Part shown: one piece after another, positions 1 through 8,924 of the stretch
Numbering within the stretch: position 1 is the first letter of the stretch
Layout of the letters: each line of letters opens with the position of its first letter
Origin: Nitrospirales bacterium
GTDB lineage: Bacteria; Nitrospirota; Nitrospiria; Nitrospirales; UBA8639
NCBI GenBank assembly: GCA_965223295.1
Contig: CBDCWC010000002.1
Location: forward strand, 1,664,001-1,728,000
Reading direction: 5' to 3'
DNA: 64,000 bases
The notes under the pieces: model-generated
What the model was told of the DNA's origin: nothing
The model's database searches: none
The model's input: only the letters and a program-made list of their open reading frames with translations
Made by a program: the position numbers and the translations under genes

Positions 1-74
1 CCAATCCCGAAAGGCATCCTCTTGACGGTCATATTGCCCATCTTCTGTTTGTTCTTAAGGAAACTGAGCAGTCG

Positions 75-956
75 TCATGATGCAACCTGTTCTTGCCAAA
101 TAAAGGTCCCCTGCCGTAAATCTTGTAAGGCCTGTTGAATTTCCTCTTGCGTATTCATCACAAACGGACCATACCGAGCTATCGGTTCGCCTAAAGGTTT
201 GGCGGAAACCAGCAAAAAGCGGACAGCGTCTTCCCCTGTTTCAATTTTCACGGACTCCCCGTCTTCCCACACCACCAACTTTGTCTCAGCAATCCATGTT
301 CCTTCCTGTTCCTCATGTTCTAGGAAGGCCGCCTTTCCTTCGAACACATAGGCAAAAGCCGTGTGTCCTTGCGGAATTGATTGAGTAAAAGAACTCTTTG
401 GAGAGAGAGAGACATCCAAATAGGTTGGATTGGCCGCAATACCCGTCACCGCTCCACTCGTTTGTCCAACTTTTCCCGAAATTATTCGAATCTTGGCTCC
501 GTCCTCAGTTGTCACTTCAGGAATATCATGCGAAAGAATATCTTGATATCGGGGTTGGCTCATCTTGAGTCGAGCCGGGAGATTGACCCAAAGTTGAAAG
601 CCTTCATTACCCTCTGGACGGACCTGCGGCATTTCCTCGTGAAGGATTCCGCCTCCCGCCGTCATCCATTGCACATCTCCCGCGCCAATGCTTCCGGCAT
701 TGCCTAAGGTGTCACGATGCTGCACTTCTCCAGTCAGCATATAGGTCACGGTTTCAATACCACGATGCGGATGCATAGGAAAGCCGGCTTGATAATCCTC
801 AGCATTTGAGGACCCAAAGTGATCAAACAGGAGAAACGGATCGAGATAATTAAGCTCTTGCCCGCCAAGACTGCGTTTCAGTCTGACGCCCGCCCCTTCG
901 ACTACAGGAGCCGGTTCAATAATGGTTTGTATTTTTCGTAATTGTGTATTCATCAT
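75..956 (-). CDS. Pirin family protein (bicupin)
   Basis: Pirin motifs DPFLLFDHF, GFPMHPHRGIETVTY, WMTAGGGILHEE and GPFVMNT. Start moved to ATG at 956 because the ORF extension to 1064 runs through a hairpin repeat. Confidence 0.93.
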   Translation of the reverse strand: MMNTQLRKIQTIIEPAPVVEGAGVRLKRSLGGQELNYLDPFLLFDHFGSSNAEDYQAGFPMHPHRGIETVTYMLTGEVQHRDTLGNAGSIGAGDVQWMTAGGGILHEEMPQVRPEGNEGFQLWVNLPARLKMSQPRYQDILSHDIPEVTTEDGAKIRIISGKVGQTSGAVTGIAANPTYLDVSLSPKSSFTQSIPQGHTAFAYVFEGKAAFLEHEEQEGTWIAETKLVVWEDGESVKIETGEDAVRFLLVSAKPLGEPIARYGPFVMNTQEEIQQALQDLRQGTFIWQEQVAS

Positions 957-1020
957 ATTCACCTGATCCTTTTTTATTTCAACTTTGAAGCTGATATCAC
1001 TGTATAAACTCAAATCTTTA

Positions 1021-1055
1021 CCCTCACCCTTGCCCTCTCCCTGACAGGGAGAGGG
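1021..1055. repeat. REP-like GC-rich palindrome (CCCTCACCC..CCCTCTCCC..GGGAGAGGG type)
   Basis: ccctctccctg (1033-1043) is the reverse complement of cagggagaggg (1045-1055), preceded by ccctcaccc; lies between the VOC and pirin genes. Confidence 0.65.
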
Positions 1056-1088
1056 AAAACTCACTAATTAATATCGAAAAAAGCATAT

Positions 1089-1508
1089 CTATGATATCTT
1101 CGATCCAAACGTGACTCCCGCATCTTGAACTTCCCGATAAGGCAGAAGCCAAACTAACGATTCATCGTGAAGGTCACCCACTTGAATTCGGTTACCCCAA
1201 GGATCGCGGAAATCACAACGAAAATCTGGATGGACTTCCAGGCCATACTTTTTGGTGATTTTCTGTCGCACGTCAACAATCTGCGCCTCATCACGGACCA
1301 TAATCCCAAAATGCTTAGTCCGATCAGGTTGCAGATCTTTCACCTCAAAAATGGCCAAAAACTGGTGTTCGCCAAGCTTACACCACGCCGCCCCTTCTCC
1401 ACCTCGCAACATTTCTAGATTAAAGACGTCCCTATAAAATTCAACGGCTTTCTCGGCATCGTCAACTTCGATGACCACGTGATTCACTCCATACACTTGA
1501 ACGGCCAT
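1089..1508 (-). CDS. VOC/glyoxalase family protein
   Basis: N-terminal VNHVVIEVDDAEKAVEFYRDVF and C-terminal FRDPWGNRIQ are VOC signatures. Confidence 0.9.
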   Translation of the reverse strand: MAVQVYGVNHVVIEVDDAEKAVEFYRDVFNLEMLRGGEGAAWCKLGEHQFLAIFEVKDLQPDRTKHFGIMVRDEAQIVDVRQKITKKYGLEVHPDFRCDFRDPWGNRIQVGDLHDESLVWLLPYREVQDAGVTFGSKIS

Positions 1509-1561
1509 GATGCTCCTCCTTTCCTCACGGTCAATTTTCGCATTTTGTTCCTTTGACTTGG

Positions 1562-2098
1562 CTAACCTTTTCGTCTGCCCTTTTTCTTAAATGATGCCTT
1601 TTTTTCAGAGAGTTGTGCTCCATCGCCACTTTCCCTTTTAGAAAAGACTATTTGGTCTTGAAAACTATCTCGCACTTGGCCAAACAACCGCTTAGCAACC
1701 TTTACTTCCGATCCAGGCAAGGCCCGTGCAAAAAAAGGACGCATAAACTCTGCATGCGCAGGAAATATCTGGTGGAAAAGGTCGCAACCTTTTGGTGTTA
1801 GCTGCACCCTCGTCGCTCGCCGATCTCCACCCACCGCCCCGCGCTGTATCAACCCTTTCTGCTCTAAACGATCCAAAACCCCCGTGAGCGTTCCCTTGGT
1901 TATTAACGCGCGTTCTGATAATTCCGCGCACGTCAGCCCCTCCGTCCCCTCTAATTCCGCAATGACATCAAATTGTCCGGGCGTGACACCCAATGAATGA
2001 ATATGTCGGCTGCCCACACGGTACAATGCCAAATACGCTTCGACCAGAGGCCTCAACACACTCAAATACGGGTCATCCTTAAAATCAGTGATTGGCAT
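1562..2098 (-). CDS. MarR family transcriptional regulator
   Basis: wHTH TLTGVLDRLEQKGLIQR...DRRATRVQLTPKG; RBS GGAG upstream. Confidence 0.92.
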   Translation of the reverse strand: MPITDFKDDPYLSVLRPLVEAYLALYRVGSRHIHSLGVTPGQFDVIAELEGTEGLTCAELSERALITKGTLTGVLDRLEQKGLIQRGAVGGDRRATRVQLTPKGCDLFHQIFPAHAEFMRPFFARALPGSEVKVAKRLFGQVRDSFQDQIVFSKRESGDGAQLSEKKASFKKKGRRKG

Positions 2099-2115
2099 GT
2101 ATGCTCCTGAGATTT

Positions 2116-2176
2116 ACGACTTCTCACGACTTCTCACGACTTCTCACGACTTCTCACGACTTCTCACGACTTCTCA
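2116..2176. repeat. Perfect tandem repeat (ACGACTTCTC)x6
   Basis: Six exact 10-bp units at 2116-2175, directly upstream of the marR RBS. Confidence 0.97.
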
Positions 2177-2185
2177 TTATTGTCT

Positions 2186-2220
2186 TAACTAGTATAATAC
2201 TAATTAGTACATATAATCAA
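2186..2220 (-). promoter_or_regulatory. Putative sigma70 promoter of marR operon overlapped by palindromic operator(s)
   Basis: Minus strand TTGATT-18nt-TATACT; inverted repeat TAACTAGTAT-A-ATACTAATTA (1 mismatch, 2186-2206) and perfect palindrome TACTAATTAGTA (2198-2209). Confidence 0.55.
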
Positions 2221-2435
2221 CCTCCTGACCCGTCTGAGTCAAAGTTACATGGACTGGCTTATAAATAGACTTATTTAAAAGAACACACGACCACTCTGAA
2301 GGTCCTTCACTGAAATCTACCTGAAGGCCCTTCCTATCTCTCTGTAGGGTTTACCCTCCACCATAACGATGGACCGGCGACACGTATTTTCAGTAAGCAT
2401 TTGTTTTATTTGTATTTTTTATTAGGTCGTCGAGT

Positions 2436-2451
2436 GGGAATACCATTTGCA
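2436..2451 (+). promoter_or_regulatory. Possible sigma54 (-24/-12) promoter
   Basis: GGGAATACCATTTGCA has GG-N10-GC spacing with TTGCA, upstream of the small secreted protein; imperfect -24 box. Confidence 0.3.
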
Positions 2452-2495
2452 ATTCTGTTCTATTGGAAATTGCACTTAATCCCGAGCCACTTTGC

Positions 2496-2813
2496 ATGGG
2501 GAATTTCAAACAACTTAGCCTGTGGGTCATCGCCATTAGCCTTATGCCGTTTTTTCACGTTCTGGGCGAAGACCAAACATCGAAAGTTCCAGGATCGTCT
2601 ATAGATGCTGTATCAAGATCGACGGAATTATACAGACTGGAAGGGAACCTGTTGAAAGTCGAAGGAGAGTTTTGGATTTTGGAAGATCTGTTCGGCAATC
2701 AACATCGAATTCAAATTGGAGAAGAAACAAAACTACCTACATCTCCAAAGCAACCTGGAGATTCTATCTATGCTGTTGTCACAAAAAATAATCATGCGGA
2801 ATCTATTCAATAA
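2496..2813 (+). CDS. Small exported hypothetical protein (beta-rich)
   Basis: Hydrophobic N-terminal signal-like segment followed by LEGNLLKVEGEFWILED...QPGDSIYAVV; ATG at 2496 preferred. Confidence 0.7.
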   Translation: MGNFKQLSLWVIAISLMPFFHVLGEDQTSKVPGSSIDAVSRSTELYRLEGNLLKVEGEFWILEDLFGNQHRIQIGEETKLPTSPKQPGDSIYAVVTKNNHAESIQ

Positions 2814-2951
2814 ATCTCTGGCTTTCTCCTTCGGCGGAGGGACTGGTTCTCGAGGAAACTCTAATTCCGACCGCACCCGGAGCTTGGTTTCCCCATCAGC
2901 CACCTTCCCAATGGTCCCTCCGCCACCAATTTGTTTGCGGACGAAACAACG

Positions 2952-3419
2952 ATGATGGACATTTTTAGCCTGGCACATCAATCAGCAAGCTCAACAACGA
3001 ATGCCATTCTCTCGCAAGGCCGAATTTTGCTTGTTGACGATGACGAACTCCACCGCTCCTGTTTAAAAGAATTTCTTGAACGACGCGGTTACATGTGTGA
3101 GGAAGCGGTAAATGGAGTTGAAGGCCTGAAAGTTTTACGGCAAGAATCGATAGTCATGATTATTACTGACAACAATATGCCAGAAATGGATGGGCTCACC
3201 TTTATTGAACATGTGAAGCAAGAATTCCCCAATGAAATTTTTCCTATTTTTCTCATGACGGCCGAAGTCTCAAAACTTGTCAGACTGCATGCGTATAAAC
3301 ATGGAGTCTACCGCGTGTTCGAAAAACCTCTAGATTTCCAAGAGCTCTGCTATGCAGTCGATTGGGTGAGAAAATTTGATCTACCGTCTTCGTCCCAAGT
3401 GAAAATGTCGGTTTCCTAA
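2952..3419 (+). CDS. Single-domain response regulator (CheY-like receiver)
   Basis: ILLVDDD, ITDNNMPEMDG (phospho-Asp), MTA and KP motifs. Confidence 0.9.
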   Translation: MMDIFSLAHQSASSTTNAILSQGRILLVDDDELHRSCLKEFLERRGYMCEEAVNGVEGLKVLRQESIVMIITDNNMPEMDGLTFIEHVKQEFPNEIFPIFLMTAEVSKLVRLHAYKHGVYRVFEKPLDFQELCYAVDWVRKFDLPSSSQVKMSVS

Positions 3420-3519
3420 GCCATTTAGACTTCCCTACCACTCATCGAGACACATATGTCACGCTCCATCGAGAGCATCGGGACTGTTATATAGCCATTC
3501 TCTCTTTACTCGTTGTTCA

Positions 3520-6500
3520 TCAACTCCCTGCTCGCTCTTCGGTTATCTCTTTCAAAGTGTTGGCTAATACTGCCCCGTTGACTGGTTTCATCAAAAATCC
3601 TTTAAGACCGAGTTCCCTGGCTTTTTCTGCAGACATGGTGTAACTAAATCCCGTACAGAGCACAATAGGAATATCTTGACGAATATTCAACAATGCACGG
3701 GCAAAGGCTTCGCCATTCATGGTCGGCATCGTTTGATCTGTGACCACCACATCGAACTGATCCGGCTGTCTTTGAAAAAGCTCAACCGCTTCATGGGGGT
3801 TCGTCTTGGGGATCACCGAATAGCCTAAATGGCTTAACACCTGTTCCCCCCAATGGGCCAACACTTCTTCATCATCAACAAATAACACCGTCCCAGTTCC
3901 CTTTGGCCATTCCAACACTTTTTCAGGCTTCAAAGGTAAAACCACATCTAAGCGGGGAAACAAAATAGTAATCTTGGTCCCATGCCCGACTTCACTCACT
4001 ACAGAAATATTCCCCCCATGCCCTACAATAATTCCATGAACCACAGCTAACCCTAGTCCTGTTCCTTCTCCCAATCCCTTCGTCGTAAAAAATGGCTCGA
4101 AAATACGATCAAGAACCTGAGAAGGCATCCCATGTCCTGAATCTTGAATCGTGAGCTGCAGATAGGAACCAGGCTTTAATTGAGGAACAGTAGAAGTCGT
4201 ATTCTCCGTGATGTCTATCGAGGTCAGAGACAAGGTTAATATTCCCCCATTTTCCCGCATCGCATGTTCCGCGTTAGCACATAAATTCATAAGCACTTGA
4301 TGAATTTGTGTGGGATCGGCAAAAACAACTGCCGAGTCATCGGAAAAGGTCGACTGAATTTCAATCGTGGCCGGAAGAGTCGCTCGAACCATCTTTAGGG
4401 CGTCTTTGACCAGGACGTTTAAATCAACAGCTTCTCGCTCCTGATCAGAACGACGGCTAAACGCCAAAATTTGCTTTACAAGTTCTTTCGCCCTTTGCCC
4501 GGCTGCCACCACCTCCTCCAAATAGGAAACTAAACGCGGCTCTTTCGGGGCCTGAGCCAGGGCAAGTTCTGAATAGCCTAGAATCGCTCCTAAAATATTA
4601 TTGAAATCATGAGCAATGCCTCCAGCTAAGTTTCCAATAGCCTCCATTTTCTGAACTTGTTGAAGCTTCTGGTCGCTTTCCCGCAAAACCATTTCCATCT
4701 GTTTGCGTTCAGTCACATCCCGCATAAAGCAGTGATAATGATCATCCCCATGGTCCTTGTTCATTCCACTCACCAGCACCACTTGCTTATAAAAAATCGA
4801 ACCATCTTTTCGTACAGCTCTAGCCTCAAACTCTCCCGTACCTGTCGTTCTCATGACCTCAAATGCAGCCAACGCGATGGCGTGATCATCAGGATGCACC
4901 GTGATTTTCCAGGACTGTCCCAAAAGTTCCTCTGACGTATAGCCAAGCGGCTCCGCATAGGCGCCATTGACCTGAAGGAACAGTCCTTCATTATTCAGAA
5001 TCGAAATGCCTGGCGTCGCATGGGTGAGCGCAAAATTCATCTCCTCTAAGGCTTTCTCTGTCTCCTTTCTCTGAGTGATATCACGGGATACAACAACCCC
5101 TCGAACCTCTCCCAGCGCAGTTTGGAACATACGCCCAGTACTCTCAAACCATCGATACTCTCCATTCTGATGTCGATAGCGATAAACGGCACGTCCGGAT
5201 CCAGAGAGTTGCATGCCTTGCGTAAATTCTGCTACCACGGCTTGGAGATCCTCGGGATGTACTAAGGAAAAGATACTGGATCCGAGTAGCGTTTGAGGTC
5301 CATAGCCCAAAACCTCTTGAAAATTGGGGCTAACATACAAAAATGTGGCATCTCCATCGACTTCAGCAATTAAATCAATGGCATTATCCATAATCGCCCG
5401 GTATCGCTTTTCCCGTTCTTGAATGGTCAATTCCGCTGCTTTACGGTACGTGATATCACGAGCGATACACAAAAAACCCTCGAGGCCTTCTTCCGTCTGT
5501 TGAATAATTTCCTTCGTGACCAAAAATGTACGAGAGACGGCCCCAGTATCCTCTACATCCACTTCAAAGGATTTTGGTGCTCCCTTCCGAACCACCTCGT
5601 CATCAAGTTCACAAAACAGCGGATGCGCTTCATTCATGGATAATTCTGAATCCGTTTTGCCAAGGATCTCTTCAATTGGCCGTTGGAGGAATGCCGCTCC
5701 TGTGGAATTGATGAGTAGATACCGCCCTTGCAAGTCTTTGACAAAAATAATATCACTGGTTCCCTCCACCACCGACGTTAACAATGCATGCTTGCGTTTG
5801 AGGGCTTCTGCGGCTTCTATCTGATCTGTGATATCGCGAATCGTCCCCCCACCGCCAATACATGTTCCCTGTTCATCAAAAATCGCCTGGCCTTTCCCCC
5901 TAAACCATCGATACTCTCCTGATTTCATCTTGAGTCGTGATTCCACGTCATAGGGCACATGATGTTCGATATGATCTCTCATGGCCTGAAAGACTCGCTC
6001 ATGATCTTCCGGATGTAGGCGAGAAGCCCATGATTCTAAGACAGGGGGGAAATCTTGTTCATCAAAACCTAAGAGGGTGACGAATTGTGAAGAATACCAA
6101 ACAGGGGTCTCCGGCAAATCCCAAGGCTTATGAGGCAATCGATAGCCTACCCAAAGACCTTCCTGAGAGCACTGCATTGCAATCTGAAATTGCTCTAATT
6201 GACCACGATAGTCCGCAATCCTCTGTTGAGCCGCAGCAAGTTCTTGCCGAAGCGGTTCATGTGGCACGGCAGACTCCCTATCGCGGGTCTTTTCAGCAGG
6301 TTTCGGAGCGAATCTATCTTTCTGTCCAAAATTTTCAGACAACGCCTCTTGGGTATATCGCGTGGTCACATCCAGTACCACACCTTCATATCCTAAAACA
6401 CGGCCATGGGGATCGGAGATCGCCTGGGCATACTCTTCAAGCCATACTCGGTCACGGCTGAGTCGAAAACCCTGCCACACAGTTGGCCCGATCATTTCTT

Positions 6501-6852
6501 GGGTCTGATCTTGGCTTTGAAATAGTTGCCGCCAGGCCTCTCGCTGCTTTGGGTCAACATATAATTGGGTCCCAATATCCGCCACAGATTCCATCATGGA
6601 TTCAGAAGAGTGATAACCAAAGATTCGAGCCAATGCCGGATTAGCCATCACCAATTTTCCATCTACCGTACTTCGATACACCCCAACGAGCACGTGATCA
6701 ACAAGCTGTTGAAGACCTCCAAGCTCTTTCTCGATTGGAGAAGTGCTCTTGTCTTGACTAAGCCGAAGAGACAAATGAAGATCTCCAACTTGTTTTCGAA
6801 GGATCTCCGGAGATTGGGATGACGGTCGACTGGCGGGGATATTAGGATCCAT
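3520..6852 (-). CDS. Hybrid sensor histidine kinase with five PAS domains, HisKA, HATPase and receiver
   Basis: Repeated PAS/PAC motifs (HPED..., DIT.RK), H-box GIAHDFNNIL, FEPFFTTK...GTGLGL, receiver VTDQTMP; ATG at 6852 preferred. Confidence 0.95.
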   Translation of the reverse strand: MDPNIPASRPSSQSPEILRKQVGDLHLSLRLSQDKSTSPIEKELGGLQQLVDHVLVGVYRSTVDGKLVMANPALARIFGYHSSESMMESVADIGTQLYVDPKQREAWRQLFQSQDQTQEMIGPTVWQGFRLSRDRVWLEEYAQAISDPHGRVLGYEGVVLDVTTRYTQEALSENFGQKDRFAPKPAEKTRDRESAVPHEPLRQELAAAQQRIADYRGQLEQFQIAMQCSQEGLWVGYRLPHKPWDLPETPVWYSSQFVTLLGFDEQDFPPVLESWASRLHPEDHERVFQAMRDHIEHHVPYDVESRLKMKSGEYRWFRGKGQAIFDEQGTCIGGGGTIRDITDQIEAAEALKRKHALLTSVVEGTSDIIFVKDLQGRYLLINSTGAAFLQRPIEEILGKTDSELSMNEAHPLFCELDDEVVRKGAPKSFEVDVEDTGAVSRTFLVTKEIIQQTEEGLEGFLCIARDITYRKAAELTIQEREKRYRAIMDNAIDLIAEVDGDATFLYVSPNFQEVLGYGPQTLLGSSIFSLVHPEDLQAVVAEFTQGMQLSGSGRAVYRYRHQNGEYRWFESTGRMFQTALGEVRGVVVSRDITQRKETEKALEEMNFALTHATPGISILNNEGLFLQVNGAYAEPLGYTSEELLGQSWKITVHPDDHAIALAAFEVMRTTGTGEFEARAVRKDGSIFYKQVVLVSGMNKDHGDDHYHCFMRDVTERKQMEMVLRESDQKLQQVQKMEAIGNLAGGIAHDFNNILGAILGYSELALAQAPKEPRLVSYLEEVVAAGQRAKELVKQILAFSRRSDQEREAVDLNVLVKDALKMVRATLPATIEIQSTFSDDSAVVFADPTQIHQVLMNLCANAEHAMRENGGILTLSLTSIDITENTTSTVPQLKPGSYLQLTIQDSGHGMPSQVLDRIFEPFFTTKGLGEGTGLGLAVVHGIIVGHGGNISVVSEVGHGTKITILFPRLDVVLPLKPEKVLEWPKGTGTVLFVDDEEVLAHWGEQVLSHLGYSVIPKTNPHEAVELFQRQPDQFDVVVTDQTMPTMNGEAFARALLNIRQDIPIVLCTGFSYTMSAEKARELGLKGFLMKPVNGAVLANTLKEITEERAGS

Positions 6853-6981
6853 ACAAGACACATTTGGGTGGAAAGGGTGACACCCGAAGGCCTTCAAAAA
6901 TAGCAGCCCTACAACAAAGACCACAATGAAAGATCTGTCAACTAATGTCAAGAGAAAAGTCGACTCTGTGACTTATTTACA

Positions 6982-7109
6982 CTTGGGTCTGTTGAAAAAA
7001 GCCGCCAGCTGCGTTCTCGCCATTGTTCCGTGCTCACGTAGGACTAGTACGCTCCGCGCGCAAGAATGACTGTGGCCTTGCTGGACGGAATTTTTTGAAC
7101 AGACCCAAG
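6982..7109. mobile_element. MITE-like palindromic intergenic element (128 bp)
   Basis: 19-bp terminal inverted repeats cttgggtctgttgaaaaaa / ttttttgaacagacccaag (1 mismatch) around an internally palindromic core; non-coding. Confidence 0.7.
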
Positions 7110-7315
7110 GCCTCTGACATGTGACACCGCAGAGACGAAATGTAGCCGTTGATATCATCATTATTCAATAGTCCCACTTGTTTCTGCCATAACCACCAAA
7201 TGAAATGCTTCTCTGACGACTTTGTGTTATCCCGTGGATGCTTTATTTTGATACGACAGAAATACCATGCTAGACTCCGACATGTTTTTGTCTTCACTAC
7301 TCACTATCATACTTG

Positions 7316-8107
7316 ATGAAAAAATCTGTTCTTACGATTGCTGGCTCTGACTCAAGTGGCGGGGCGGGCATCCAAGCTGACCTCAAAGCTCTGTCGGCAC
7401 ATCGCATTTTTGGCCTGTCGGTCATTACCTCTATTACCGCTCAAAACACTTGTGGGGTATCATCTGTCTTCCACCTCCCCACGACCATCATCGACGCGCA
7501 ACTTGATGCCATCTTTTCTGATATCCCCGTCACAACCATCAAAACCGGTATGTTAGCCACACAAGACATTATTGCAACGGTCAGCAACAAACTGGCAACC
7601 CAAGCCTTTGAACACCTTGTTGTCGATCCAGTCATGGTAGCCAAAGGCGGACATGTCCTTCTGGAAGATAGTGCCATCTCTTCACTACAATCTCAGCTCA
7701 TCCCACAAGCCTTTCTCATGACTCCCAACATCCATGAAGCAGAAGTACTTGCACAGATGACCATCACAACACTCGCGGATGCTCGGGCAGCCGCAAAAAT
7801 TATTCATCAATTAGGATGCCGATATGTCTTGATTAAGGGCGGACACCTCAAAGAACAACCTGGCACCGACCTCCTTTACGATGGCCGCTTTTTTCGAATG
7901 TACAAAGGAGAATTTATACAAACGAAGAATACCCATGGCACCGGATGCACATTGGCCTCTTCTATTGCAGCCCAACTGGCGAATGGGAAATCCGTAGCCG
8001 ACGCGATTGAAGGAGCAAAGACCTACATCACTGAGGCTATACGCCATGGTTTCTCACTCGGTCAGGGTCATGGACCAACAGACCATTTTTACTTTCTCCA
8101 AGCCTAG
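7316..8107 (+). CDS. thiD: Hydroxymethylpyrimidine/phosphomethylpyrimidine kinase
   Basis: [30 protein letters not shown] and [10 protein letters not shown] motifs. Confidence 0.96.
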   Translation: MKKSVLTIAGSDSSGGAGIQADLKALSAHRIFGLSVITSITAQNTCGVSSVFHLPTTIIDAQLDAIFSDIPVTTIKTGMLATQDIIATVSNKLATQAFEHLVVDPVMVAKGGHVLLEDSAISSLQSQLIPQAFLMTPNIHEAEVLAQMTITTLADARAAAKIIHQLGCRYVLIKGGHLKEQPGTDLLYDGRFFRMYKGEFIQTKNTHGTGCTLASSIAAQLANGKSVADAIEGAKTYITEAIRHGFSLGQGHGPTDHFYFLQA

Positions 8108-8113
8108 CTCTTT

Positions 8114-8920
8114 ATGCGTACGACTTCACCAAAGTCACCTGAACCAGTAATCGAGACTTCCGTACCATTATTGAATAATTCAGAGCTCTCAACATCCGCC
8201 GTCTTGACTGAACCGTCTCAGAGTACAAATCTGGCCGTCATTCTGTGTCATGGATTTCTGTCTGATCAAAACAGCCGCACCAATCGCAGACTCACTGAAT
8301 TGCTTGCTCCGCAGGGTATCGCCACACTACGCTTTGACTGGTATGGCATGGGGGAAACACAGGAACATTTCTCGCAATTGAGTCTAAGACAATGCAAGGA
8401 GCAACTGGATGCCGCATTTCGGATATTGACAGAAAGAGGGATGACTCGACTCGGGCTCATCGGATCAAGCTTCGGCGGCCTCTTAGCCATTCTTGCCGCT
8501 CCCAATCACCCCAATCTTCTCGCCTTAGGCCTGAAATGCCCCGTCGTGGATTTCCCTGAAGTCCTTCGCCTGGAATTCGGACTTGAAGCTATGGAACACT
8601 GGAAGTCCACCAATCACATCCCAAATCTTATTGATGACGGTGAACCAGTCCCCTTACACTACAGTTTTTATGAAGAACTTCTGACCTATGATGCCTATGA
8701 ATCGCTTTCACACATTCAGGCCCCCACATTAGTGGTTTATGGTGATCAAGATGATCTCATTCCCCGTGTTCAAATCGACCAATTACTGACAAAGCTTCAG
8801 TCAACAACCCAATTGAAGTTGATAGAAGGAGCCGATCATCAATTTGGACGGCCTGAAGATTTTCAACTCATGACCAATCATCTCTCTCAATGGATGGTTC
8901 AACATTTACTCCAATCATGA
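8114..8920 (+). CDS. Alpha/beta hydrolase
   Basis: CHGF oxyanion motif, GSSFGG nucleophile elbow, GDQDD and GADH. Confidence 0.9.
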   Translation: MRTTSPKSPEPVIETSVPLLNNSELSTSAVLTEPSQSTNLAVILCHGFLSDQNSRTNRRLTELLAPQGIATLRFDWYGMGETQEHFSQLSLRQCKEQLDAAFRILTERGMTRLGLIGSSFGGLLAILAAPNHPNLLALGLKCPVVDFPEVLRLEFGLEAMEHWKSTNHIPNLIDDGEPVPLHYSFYEELLTYDAYESLSHIQAPTLVVYGDQDDLIPRVQIDQLLTKLQSTTQLKLIEGADHQFGRPEDFQLMTNHLSQWMVQHLLQS

Positions 8921-8924
8921 CTGT

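Noticed and set aside
957-1064. N-terminal extension of the pirin ORF
   Set aside because: Translates the REP-like hairpin (PSPCQGEGKGEG); pirin homology begins at ATG 956
2116-2176. CRISPR array
   Set aside because: Units are 10 bp with no spacers, and there are no cas genes in the window
2833-2928. Canonical tRNA gene
   Set aside because: Acceptor-like stem and CCA are present, but there is no T-psi-C arm (GTTCRA) or proper anticodon arm; kept only as a structured-RNA finding
6853-6951. N-terminal TM helix of the hybrid kinase
   Set aside because: Arises from an upstream TTG start; ATG 6852 is more plausible, though not proven
6973-7297. Short ORFs 6973-7161 and 7034-7297
   Set aside because: They overlap the palindromic repeat and have no recognisable domain
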